From an uncultured Gemmatimonadales bacterium (GTDB lineage Bacteria > Gemmatimonadota > Gemmatimonadetes > Gemmatimonadales > GWC2-71-9): 64,000 nt of DNA. Position numbers and translations under genes: made by a program. The stretch lies in assembly GCA_963828735.1 (NCBI GenBank), contig CAWHFW010000005.1, positions 512,001-576,000 on the forward strand, read 5' to 3'. Of this stretch, positions 18,602-28,313 are shown piece after piece. Positions within the stretch are counted from its first letter, which is position 1, and every line of letters starts with the position of its first letter. The notes beneath the pieces were generated by a model that was not told where the DNA came from, made no database searches, and saw only the letters and a program-made list of their open reading frames with translations.

Positions 18602-19795
18602 TCACGTCGTGGGCGGATTGAACTGGGCGTGCTGGGCGTCGAGCCAGCTCTTGTGGTAGTCCGGGTCTTCGATGCTGGTGGCCTGCGCGGCCACCTTGAG
18701 GGGCCGGAAGCTGTCCATCATCACGGCGAGCTCCTCCGTGTACTTGGCCCCGATGCTCGCCTCGGCGCGACCGGGATGCGGTCCGTGCGGAATCCCGTCC
18801 GGATGATGCGTGATGCTCCCGAACTCGATCCCCTTCCGGCTCATGAATTCGCTCGACGCGTAGTACAACACCTCGTCCGAGTCCACATTGCTGTGGTTAT
18901 ACGGCGCCGGGACGGCTTCGGGATGGAAATCGTAGGGCCGAGGGCAGAAGCTGCAGACCACGAACCCGTCGCCCTGAAACGTCTGATGCACCGGCGGCGG
19001 CTGATGCACCCGGCCGACGATGGGCTCGAAGTCGTAGATGTTGAACGCCCAGGGGTAGAAGTAGCCATCCCAGCCGACGACGTCGAACGGGTGATGGTCC
19101 AGAATGATCTCGTTCAGCCCATCGTACTGCTTGACGAGGATACGGAAGTCGCCGCGCTCGTCGTGCGTCCGGAGGAGGCTCGGCTGCCGGATGTCACGCT
19201 CGCTGTAGGGCGCGCCCTCGATGAGCTGGCCGAATTCGTTCCGGTACCGCTTGGGCCAACGCACGTGGCCGCGGCTCTCCATGACCAGCAGCTTGTTTGG
19301 CTCGGCGGACAGGTCCAGCCGCCACCGATGCATGATGCCCCGGTGGATCACGAGGTAGTCCCCCTCGCGATATGGCAGGTCGCCGAAGACGGTCTCGAGT
19401 GTGCCGGTGCCCTTGGCTACGTAGACGAGCTCGTCGGCCTGCGCGTTCCGATAGAAATGGGCGTCGTTCTCGTCCGGCTCCACGTACAGCATCGCGATGT
19501 CCTGATTGAACAGGAGCGGGATGCGATCGAGGGTCGGACTGCCGCCGCGTTTCACCTGCGAGGTCCGGAAGTGCCGGTGCCGCAGGGTCTGGTCGGGATC
19601 GGCCTCCAGCTTGAGCTCGCGCAGCCGGCGCACGCTCTTCACCGTCGTCGGCGGGTGCGTGTGATAGAGCAGCGACGACGTCCCGGTGAACCCCTCGTGC
19701 CCCATCAACTCTTCGGCGTACAGGCCGCCGTCGGGGCGCCGGAACGCGATATGGCGCTTGCGCGGGATCTGGCCCAGGCTGTGATAGATTGGCAT
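18602..19795 (-). CDS. hmgA: Homogentisate 1,2-dioxygenase
   Basis: HPFDVVGWDG, HQPPPVH.TF, PYNHSNVDSDEVLYY, HGPHPG. Confidence 0.92.
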   Translation of the reverse strand: MPIYHSLGQIPRKRHIAFRRPDGGLYAEELMGHEGFTGTSSLLYHTHPPTTVKSVRRLRELKLEADPDQTLRHRHFRTSQVKRGGSPTLDRIPLLFNQDIAMLYVEPDENDAHFYRNAQADELVYVAKGTGTLETVFGDLPYREGDYLVIHRGIMHRWRLDLSAEPNKLLVMESRGHVRWPKRYRNEFGQLIEGAPYSERDIRQPSLLRTHDERGDFRILVKQYDGLNEIILDHHPFDVVGWDGYFYPWAFNIYDFEPIVGRVHQPPPVHQTFQGDGFVVCSFCPRPYDFHPEAVPAPYNHSNVDSDEVLYYASSEFMSRKGIEFGSITHHPDGIPHGPHPGRAEASIGAKYTEELAVMMDSFRPLKVAAQATSIEDPDYHKSWLDAQHAQFNPPTT

Positions 19796-19895
19796 CGCCC
19801 ATTTCCCCTTGGTGATCACTGCTCCGACAGCATCGCGGAGCGCGGAGCGCAGGGCCCGGTCTCTGGAGTCTCTCCTCCGGTGACGGCCCCGACCT

Positions 19896-21062
<1,167 letters not shown>

Positions 21063-21166
21063 TCAACAAAAAGATACCCAAGGGCTTAGCCAGCCGCCAC
21101 GAGCCACGTCGCTTTGCGCTCCATTTCCACGCGCGCTATGTTGAGTATGAGGCGGAAGATGCGGTC

Positions 21167-21225
21167 CAGGTGGGGGAGCGTGAGCAGGTGGGGGAGCGTG
21201 AGCAGGTGGGGGGAGCGTGAGCAGG
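21167..21225 (+). repeat. Three tandem copies of an 18-bp G-rich unit
   Basis: (CAGGTGGGGGAGCGTGAG)x3 + CAGG; third copy has G6. Confidence 0.9.
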
Positions 21226-21993
21226 ATGCCGGGACACGAGCAGGGACGTGATATCCAAGGACATGATATCGTCGTGGTGGGATTCTCTGCGGGCGGCATC
21301 CAGCCTCTGATAAGGCTGGTCAGGGACCTGCCCTCCGATTTTCCTGCCTCGCTGTTCGTCGTCCATCACTTCCCACCCCAAAGTGTGAGTGCGCTGCCGG
21401 GCATCATCCAGCGGGCGGCTCGCCTCCCGGTGGCCGCCCCAGAGGAGGGCGATTCGATCGCGCGGGGGCACATCTACGTAGGCCGGCCCGATCGCCACCT
21501 GCTCGTCATGCCGGGGCACGTCCGCCTCACCACAGGACCTCGCGAGCACGGGAACCGTCCGGCCCTCGATCCCCTCTTTCGGTCCGCAGCCCGTAGCTAC
21601 GGGCCGCGCGTCATCGGCGTGGTGCTGTCCGGCACCCTCGACGACGGCACCTCGGGACTTCGCGCCATCAAATCGGCCGGCGGCATGGCGGTCGTGCAGG
21701 ACCCGGGGCACGCGGAATATCCCGGCATGCCGCGGAACGCGATCGAACACGTCGATATTGATTACGTAATGCCGCCTGAGGAGATCGGCAGCCTCTTGAG
21801 CCGCCTGGTGTGCCAGCCCGCTGCCCCGCCTCCCGCGAGCCTCAGAGGCGCCGAGGAGACTGTGGCGGTTGCCTCGGCAAGAAGACGCCCGGTGGCCCCG
21901 ACGAAGGGCGAGAGCACCGCGGCACCGAAGGGTGTCAGTGCCAGGGCTGGCATCAAGAAGACCCCCGACCCGAGGCGAGGACCGTCATGGTGA
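21226..21993 (+). CDS. cheB: CheB-type methylesterase, no receiver domain
   Basis: GFSAGG, VHH, RPALDPLFRSAA, LSGTLDDG, QDP..A..PGMP. Confidence 0.88.
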   Translation: MPGHEQGRDIQGHDIVVVGFSAGGIQPLIRLVRDLPSDFPASLFVVHHFPPQSVSALPGIIQRAARLPVAAPEEGDSIARGHIYVGRPDRHLLVMPGHVRLTTGPREHGNRPALDPLFRSAARSYGPRVIGVVLSGTLDDGTSGLRAIKSAGGMAVVQDPGHAEYPGMPRNAIEHVDIDYVMPPEEIGSLLSRLVCQPAAPPPASLRGAEETVAVASARRRPVAPTKGESTAAPKGVSARAGIKKTPDPRRGPSW

Positions 21994-22595
21994 TGAGCCT
22001 GGCAACCCGGCGGCCACAGGCCTCGCGGGTCATCGCCATCTCCGCATCAGCCGGTGGGCTTGCCGCACTCATCGCCGTTCTGGCGGAGCTGTCGCCGACG
22101 CTCGCGGCCTCGGTCCTCGTCGTGCAGCACCTGGCGCCGACCCATGTCAGTCATCTGGTCGAGATTCTGGGCTGGCATACCGGTCTCGAGGTCCTGCCGG
22201 CGCAGCCGGCCGCCGTGATCCGGCGCGCCACCGTGTACGTAGCGCCCCCGGGCCTCCACCTGCTTGTCGGCGTCGACCGCCGCCTGGTGCTCTCCCCTCT
22301 GCCCCCCGTGAATTTCTGCCGGCCGTCGGGCGACCGTCTGTTCGCGTCGCTCGCGACGACCTTCGGCGACCGCACGGTGGCCGTGGTGTTGACGGGGTGT
22401 GGGCACGACGGCGCCGAGGGCGCGCAGCTCGTGCGGCGCGCCGGCGGCACGGTCATCGTTCAGGATCCCGACAGCGCCGAGTTCGGCGGCATGCCGCGGG
22501 CGGCGCTCCGCGCCGGAGCCGTGGACCACGTCGTGCCGCTCGAGGCCATCGCCCGCACGCTCGAATCCCTCATCCCGTCGGGAAGCCTGGAATGA
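21987..22595 (+). CDS. cheB: Second CheB-type methylesterase, no receiver domain
   Basis: SASAGG, VQH, RPSGDRLFAS, LTGCGHDGAEG. Confidence 0.88.
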   Translation: MVMSLATRRPQASRVIAISASAGGLAALIAVLAELSPTLAASVLVVQHLAPTHVSHLVEILGWHTGLEVLPAQPAAVIRRATVYVAPPGLHLLVGVDRRLVLSPLPPVNFCRPSGDRLFASLATTFGDRTVAVVLTGCGHDGAEGAQLVRRAGGTVIVQDPDSAEFGGMPRAALRAGAVDHVVPLEAIARTLESLIPSGSLE

Positions 22596-24472
22596 GCAAG
22601 GCCGTCCCCCGCCCGGGCGAGATCACCCTTCCGGAGGATTCCGAGTCCCTGGCCGAGTTCGAGGCCCTGCTCGCCTACCTCAAGCAGAGCCGGGGGTTCG
22701 ACTTCACCGCCTACAAGCGGTCCAGCCTCATGCGTCGGGTGATGGTGCGCATGCAGACAATGGGATCGAAGGGATTCAGCGATTATCTCGATTTCCTGCA
22801 GGTCGACTCCGAGGAGTTCACCCGACTCTTCAACACCATCCTCATCAACGTCACGAGCTTCTTCCGCGATACCGCCAACTGGGAACTGGTGCGGGACGCG
22901 GTCGTTCCCCGCATGACCGGGCCGTCCGACTCTTCGGCGCTGATTCGCGTGTGGAGCGCGGGCTGCGCCTCCGGCGAAGAGGCCTACTCGATCGCCATGC
23001 TGCTCGCGGAGGCCATGGGCTCCGAAGCCTTTCGGGAACGGGTGAAGATTTATGCTACGGACGTGGACGAAGACGCGCTCAACCAGGCACGCCACGCGGT
23101 CTATGGAGCGCACACCGCGGAGGATGTCCCCGCCCCCCTGCTCGAGAAGTACTTCGACCGCCAGGAGGAGGATCGGTACGTCTTCAACAAGGATCTCCGC
23201 CGCTCCGTCATCTTCGGTCGCCACGACCTGATCCAGGACGCGCCGATCTCGCGCGTCGACCTGCTCATCTGCCGCAACTGCCTCATGTATTTCAATACGG
23301 AGGCACAGGCACGCATCCTCGCGCGTTTCCATTTCGCAGTGGTGCCCGCCGGCGTACTTTTCCTGGGCAAGGCGGAAACGCTCCTCGCCCAGAGCGCGGC
23401 CTTCGAGCCGCTGGACATCAAGCGGCGCCTGTTCCTCAAAGCCGATCGGCAGCCGGAGGTCCGGCATATGACCACCACGGCCCCGGACGCAAACGACCGA
23501 GCGCGTTACCTCCGAGACGCCGCCAGCGACGCGGCGCCGTCGGCCCAGCTGGTGGTGGATCGCGATGGCATCATCGTCCACGCCAACCCGCCGCTTCGCG
23601 CCATGTTCGGACTCACCGCGCGCGATCTGGGCCGCCCTCTGCAGGACCTCGAGCTCTCCTACCGACCCTTCGAGCTGCGCTCGTCTCTCGAGCGGGTGTA
23701 CCTGGAGCGCCGTCCGATCACCTTGACGGATGGTCGCTGGACCGGTCCCGGCGGCCAGATCAGCTCGCTCGAGCTTCTGGTCACCCCCTTGTTGGATCCG
23801 GGCGGCATCCTCCTCGGAGCGAGCATCAACTTCCTGGATGTTTCCCGCCAGCGCCAGCTGCAGGAGGAGGTCGCCCGGGCCAGCCAGGAGCTCGAGACGG
23901 CCCTCGAGGAGCTCCAGTCTACCAATGAGGAGCTCGAGACCACCAACGAGGAATTGCAGTCCACCGTCGAGGAACTGGAGACCACGAACGAGGAGCTCCA
24001 GTCCACCAACGAGGAGCTCGAGACGATGAACGAGGAGCTCCAGTCCACCAACGAGGAGCTCCAGACGATCAATGAGGAGGCCCGCGAGCGGGGCGACCAG
24101 CTCGGCGAGCTCAACGGCTTCCTGGAATCCATCCTCACGTCGCTGAGGAGCGCCGTGGCCGTGGTGGATCGCGACCTCCACGTCCGGAAGTGGAGCCGGC
24201 GCGCCGAGGACCTCTGGGGGCTCCGCGCCGACGAGGTGCTCCAGAAGAATTTCCTCAACCTGGACATCGGCCTCCCGGTGGATCGCCTCCGGTCCCCCAT
24301 CCGCTCGTGCCTGGCCGGCGAAGCCGAGGTTCTGGATCTGACCCTCGACGCCACCAACCGCCGCGGCCGGGCGATCCAGATCCATATCACCTGCACGCCG
24401 CTCACGGCTTCCTCGTCCCAGGAATCGCGCGGTGTCATTCTCATGATGGAGGAGACGGACGGACGGCCCTGA
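22592..24472 (+). CDS. cheR: CheR-type methyltransferase with PAS domains and Glu-rich coiled coil
   Basis: GFDFTAYK, INVTSFFRD, VWSAGCASGEEAYS, ICRNCLMYF, (ELQSTNE/ELETTNE)n. Confidence 0.9.
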   Translation: MSKAVPRPGEITLPEDSESLAEFEALLAYLKQSRGFDFTAYKRSSLMRRVMVRMQTMGSKGFSDYLDFLQVDSEEFTRLFNTILINVTSFFRDTANWELVRDAVVPRMTGPSDSSALIRVWSAGCASGEEAYSIAMLLAEAMGSEAFRERVKIYATDVDEDALNQARHAVYGAHTAEDVPAPLLEKYFDRQEEDRYVFNKDLRRSVIFGRHDLIQDAPISRVDLLICRNCLMYFNTEAQARILARFHFAVVPAGVLFLGKAETLLAQSAAFEPLDIKRRLFLKADRQPEVRHMTTTAPDANDRARYLRDAASDAAPSAQLVVDRDGIIVHANPPLRAMFGLTARDLGRPLQDLELSYRPFELRSSLERVYLERRPITLTDGRWTGPGGQISSLELLVTPLLDPGGILLGASINFLDVSRQRQLQEEVARASQELETALEELQSTNEELETTNEELQSTVEELETTNEELQSTNEELETMNEELQSTNEELQTINEEARERGDQLGELNGFLESILTSLRSAVAVVDRDLHVRKWSRRAEDLWGLRADEVLQKNFLNLDIGLPVDRLRSPIRSCLAGEAEVLDLTLDATNRRGRAIQIHITCTPLTASSSQESRGVILMMEETDGRP

Positions 24473-24500
24473 GCGTCCGCGGTGCTCTGACGAGGTCGCA

Positions 24501-26246
24501 GTGAAGGCAGACGAATTCGCGCGGCGCCTGGACGACATGCGCCGGCGTGTACACGACATCAGGAAGCGAACGGCGCTCCCCAGCGAAGTGGTCGACGAGC
24601 TGCTTCGGGCGGTCGAGGAGTTGAGCATCGCCGAGGAGGAGCTGCGCCAGCAGAACGAGGCCTTGGCCGCCGCCCACCAGGCGCTGGAGGAGGAGCGCGC
24701 GCGGTACCAGCACCTGTTTCAGTACGCCCCCGATGCCTACCTGCTCACCGACCTCGGCGGCGTCATCCGCGAAGCCAACCTTTCGGCTGCCCGTCTGCTC
24801 AACGTGAAGCCCCGATTCATGGTGGGGAAGACGCTGGTGTCGTTCGTGGCGCTCCAGGATCGCGCGCGGGTCCGGGCGGAGCTCGGGCGGTGGCGCTCGG
24901 AGCCGACTCCCAAGGTGCTCGAGATCCGGCTGCAACCTCGGCAGTGCGAGGCCTTCGATGCGGCCATCGCTCTGTCCGTGGCGCGGGGCGGTCCACGGGA
25001 TACGGCCATCGGCTTCCGGTGGCTCGTGCGGGACGTGTCCGCTCAGCGCCAGCTGACCGAGGACCTCCAGTTCCGCGAACAGGACGCCCGAAGAGCGGCG
25101 GAAGCCAGCGAGGCCAGCGCGCGCCACGTGCAGAAGCTCGAGAGCATCGGCGTCCTGGCGGGCGGCATCGCGCACGACTTCAACAACCTGCTGCACGTCG
25201 TCCTCGGCAACGCGGACCTCGCCCGCCTCCAGCTCCCGGGCGAGGCGCCGGCACGCGAGCATCTGGACGAAGTCGTCCGGGCGACGCAACGGGCGGCCGA
25301 GCTGACCCAGCAGCTCCTGGCCTACTCAGGCCGCGGCGCCGTCGAGATCCGGCACCTCGATCTGTCCCACGAGGTACGCGAGATGGCGACGCTGCTTCGG
25401 ACCGCGATCTCGAAGCAGGCGACACTAGTGTGGGAGCTGGCGCCCGACCTGCCGGCCATCAGCGCCGACCCGACCCAGGTGCGCCAAATCGTGATGAACC
25501 TCATCACCAACGCCTCCGACGCCTTGACCGACGCTCCCGGCTCCATCACCCTCCGCACCGGGCGGGCCGACGATCCCGCTGAGGAGTCGAGTGCGAAGGA
25601 CTTCGTCTTTCTCGAGGTGAGCGACACCGGGTGCGGCATGGAGACGAGCACCCTGCAGCGGATCTTCGATCCTTTTTTCAGCACCAAGTTCACCGGCCGG
25701 GGGCTCGGGCTCGCAGCGGTCATCGGCATCGTGGAAGGCCATCACGGACACGTTCGCATCCGCACCGCACCCGGCGAGGGCACCACCTTCCGCATCCTGT
25801 TTCCCGCCGTGCCCGCGTTGCCCGACGTCGAGCCTCGCCGGACCTCGGGCGCCAACTGGCGCGGCCGCGGGACCGTCCTGCTGGTGGAGGACGAAGAGGG
25901 CGTCCGCGAGGTCGTGACCCGCATGCTCGAGCGCCTCGGATTCCGCGTGCTTTCGGCTGAGGACGGCATTGCCGCCCTCGAAGCCCTCGATCACGGCGAC
26001 GCGGTCGTGACCGCCGTGCTGCTCGATCTGTCGATGCCTCGCATGGGCGGCTCCGACGCGCTGCGCCACATACGAGAGCGTCGCCCGGACCTGCCCGTCG
26101 TCCTCATGAGCGGCTACACCCAGCAAGAGGTGGCTCCCAGACACCTCATCGCCGAGGGGGGAGCCGCCGGATTCCTCCAGAAGCCATTCCTTCCCGAAGA
26201 TCTCGCCAGTGCCCTCCGCCACGCCTCCAAGGCCGCCCTGGGCTGA
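24501..26246 (+). CDS. Hybrid sensor histidine kinase (coiled coil-PAS-HisKA-HATPase-REC)
   Basis: AGGIAHDFNN, NLITNA, DTGCGM, FDPFFSTK, GRGLGL, LLDLSMP. Confidence 0.92.
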   Translation: MKADEFARRLDDMRRRVHDIRKRTALPSEVVDELLRAVEELSIAEEELRQQNEALAAAHQALEEERARYQHLFQYAPDAYLLTDLGGVIREANLSAARLLNVKPRFMVGKTLVSFVALQDRARVRAELGRWRSEPTPKVLEIRLQPRQCEAFDAAIALSVARGGPRDTAIGFRWLVRDVSAQRQLTEDLQFREQDARRAAEASEASARHVQKLESIGVLAGGIAHDFNNLLHVVLGNADLARLQLPGEAPAREHLDEVVRATQRAAELTQQLLAYSGRGAVEIRHLDLSHEVREMATLLRTAISKQATLVWELAPDLPAISADPTQVRQIVMNLITNASDALTDAPGSITLRTGRADDPAEESSAKDFVFLEVSDTGCGMETSTLQRIFDPFFSTKFTGRGLGLAAVIGIVEGHHGHVRIRTAPGEGTTFRILFPAVPALPDVEPRRTSGANWRGRGTVLLVEDEEGVREVVTRMLERLGFRVLSAEDGIAALEALDHGDAVVTAVLLDLSMPRMGGSDALRHIRERRPDLPVVLMSGYTQQEVAPRHLIAEGGAAGFLQKPFLPEDLASALRHASKAALG

Positions 26247-26485
26247 ACGGGCCAGGCACAGGACGTGCAAGCCCTTGGTGTCGATGCATCTCCCGTGTCT
26301 TGTATGACTTGCATGCGCTCACCGGCTCACTTTGCCAACTGCGTGGGATGACGGAATTTGCACTACTTGACGAGACCGGGGTGGACTCTGCTGCGATCGC
26401 CCAATAGGATCCGGATCACGGTCCAACTGTCCACCGGCGGCCAATATTGGTGCGGCGGGTGGGATGTCCCTCTGTGCAGGGGCTC

Positions 26486-27004
26486 ATGACAGCCGATCTC
26501 GCCCAGCTGTTCGATCAGTACTATGGCTCGCTGGTCCGGATGCTGTACCGCCGGGTCGGCGACCGCGACCGTGCCGAGGATCTCGCGCAAGAGACGTTCG
26601 CGCGGGCGGTGGCTGCGCCGCCGAACAATCCACGCCCGTGGCTGTTCGCGGTGGCGCTCAATCTGGTCCGGGAGGACGGACGCCGTGCCGCCACGCGAGG
26701 CCGCCGGCTGGAGCTCCTGCGAGGCGAGCAGGACCCACCCGCCAACGCACCGGACGCGGAATACGAGCGGCGGGAGGACGCGGAGCGGGTGCGGGCGGCG
26801 CTGGCGACGCTGAACGAGCGGGATCGCGAGGCGCTGCTCCTGCGCGCTGAAGGGTTCGATTACGAGGAGATCGCCGCCACGCTCGGCCTCGCCAAGGGGG
26901 CCATCGGTACGACGCTGGCGCGAGCCCGCCGCCGGCTGGTCGAGGCGTACCGGGCGCAGGAGCGGAGCAAGGCCAAGGACCGAGGGAAACATGTCGCATC
27001 TTGA
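26486..27004 (+). CDS. ECF RNA polymerase sigma factor
   Basis: AEDLAQETF, WLFAVALN, YEEIAATLG...LARARRRL. Confidence 0.92.
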   Translation: MTADLAQLFDQYYGSLVRMLYRRVGDRDRAEDLAQETFARAVAAPPNNPRPWLFAVALNLVREDGRRAATRGRRLELLRGEQDPPANAPDAEYERREDAERVRAALATLNERDREALLLRAEGFDYEEIAATLGLAKGAIGTTLARARRRLVEAYRAQERSKAKDRGKHVAS

Positions 27005-28292
27005 CGAAGGCACGCTGCACTCGCTCCTCGACGGGGAGCTCGAGACCCATGAGGTGGCCGAGATCCAGGCGCACCTCGGGTCGTGTTCGGCATGCGGTCT
27101 TCGGCTGCGCGAGGTGAGGGAGTTCTACGCCGAGGCGGACCGGTTGATCGCGTCCATCGACCTGCAGGCGCCGGCGATGGCGGCGTCGCGCCCGACGCCG
27201 ATCCCCTCGGCGCCCGCACCGGCTCCCATCCGGCCCGAGCCGGAGGCACGCCGCGAGCCCCCGCCCCGGCCGCAGGCGACCGCCGCTCCCAGCAAATGGG
27301 AGCCATGGAATGAGCCCCCGCCGATGCTGCTCCTGCCGGACAACGAATCGCTGTCCGAGCGCCGCATGCGCCGCATGCGGCGGTTCGGCTGGGCGGCGAT
27401 CGTCATGGTTATCGCCGGCGCCGGGTTCGTCGAGGCGAGGAAGTTCATGCCCGTGAGCCCCGAGGAGGGGTCGCCCGCCGCGAACACGAACGCGGTCGTG
27501 AGTCAGGCGGAGGCGCCGACCGTGCTGGCGAAGACGGATTCTCCCGCGGCCAAGACGGATCCTCCGGCACCGACCCGGGCCGTCGCCCTTATGCCGACGC
27601 CCCAACGGGACACGAAGCAGACCCAGTCGGCCGCCGCAGGGAAAGGCATCCTCGCAGGGGCGGCCCGCCCCGAAGCCGGTGGCGACTCCGCCGCCCCGGA
27701 CGCGTCGTCGAACGAAAAGGCGGCCGACGTTCCTGAGGGGAAGGACGAGGCCGACTCGGCTGCGTCCACCGACCTTGCCACCGTGCGCGCAAAGGCCTCG
27801 GAGGCGTTGGCCCAACTGGATCGGGAGCGGCGCGCCGACCGGGCGGCAGCCGCGACGGCAGCTCTCGACGCGCAGAAGCGTCGCAATGCTACCGTGCGGG
27901 CCGCCGGTCCGGTCCCGGCGGCCGCGCCGACGCCACCCCCGACTCCCCCGACGCTCGAACAGCGGTCGCAGATCTATCTCCGTATCGGCCTCGATGAGGC
28001 CTCACGGCAACTCGGTGGGCCGACCCACGTGATCGAGGGCTTGAGCCCGCTGTTCATGGGATTGGTGCAGGGCGGCTCGGTGGCGGGCGCCGACGGCACC
28101 CGGCCGGTCGTGAGGGTGGTGTATCAGGACTCGCAGGGCCGACTCATCCTGCTCGACCAGCAGCGCATCAGGACCGGCCAGGCCACGCCCGCCGTCTCCG
28201 CGCTTTCCTGGACCATCGGGGACACCGCGATGTGGCTCAATGGCGAGGCCGCCCCGGACATCCTGCGTACGTACCGTCCCCGCGTGCGGTGA
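26991..28292 (+). CDS. Anti-sigma factor (zf-HC2) with TM helix
   Basis: H...LDGEL...HLGSCSAC; TM segment; overlaps the sigma gene. Confidence 0.85.
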   Translation: MSHLDEGTLHSLLDGELETHEVAEIQAHLGSCSACGLRLREVREFYAEADRLIASIDLQAPAMAASRPTPIPSAPAPAPIRPEPEARREPPPRPQATAAPSKWEPWNEPPPMLLLPDNESLSERRMRRMRRFGWAAIVMVIAGAGFVEARKFMPVSPEEGSPAANTNAVVSQAEAPTVLAKTDSPAAKTDPPAPTRAVALMPTPQRDTKQTQSAAAGKGILAGAARPEAGGDSAAPDASSNEKAADVPEGKDEADSAASTDLATVRAKASEALAQLDRERRADRAAAATAALDAQKRRNATVRAAGPVPAAAPTPPPTPPTLEQRSQIYLRIGLDEASRQLGGPTHVIEGLSPLFMGLVQGGSVAGADGTRPVVRVVYQDSQGRLILLDQQRIRTGQATPAVSALSWTIGDTAMWLNGEAAPDILRTYRPRVR

Positions 28293-28313
28293 CGGGTTCG
28301 ACGGTCGCGCCGC

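Noticed and set aside
21167..21225. CRISPR array
   Set aside because: Repeats are contiguous with no spacers; no cas genes in the window
23885..24078. Non-coding tandem DNA repeat
   Set aside because: The 21-bp periodicity simply encodes the CheR heptad coil
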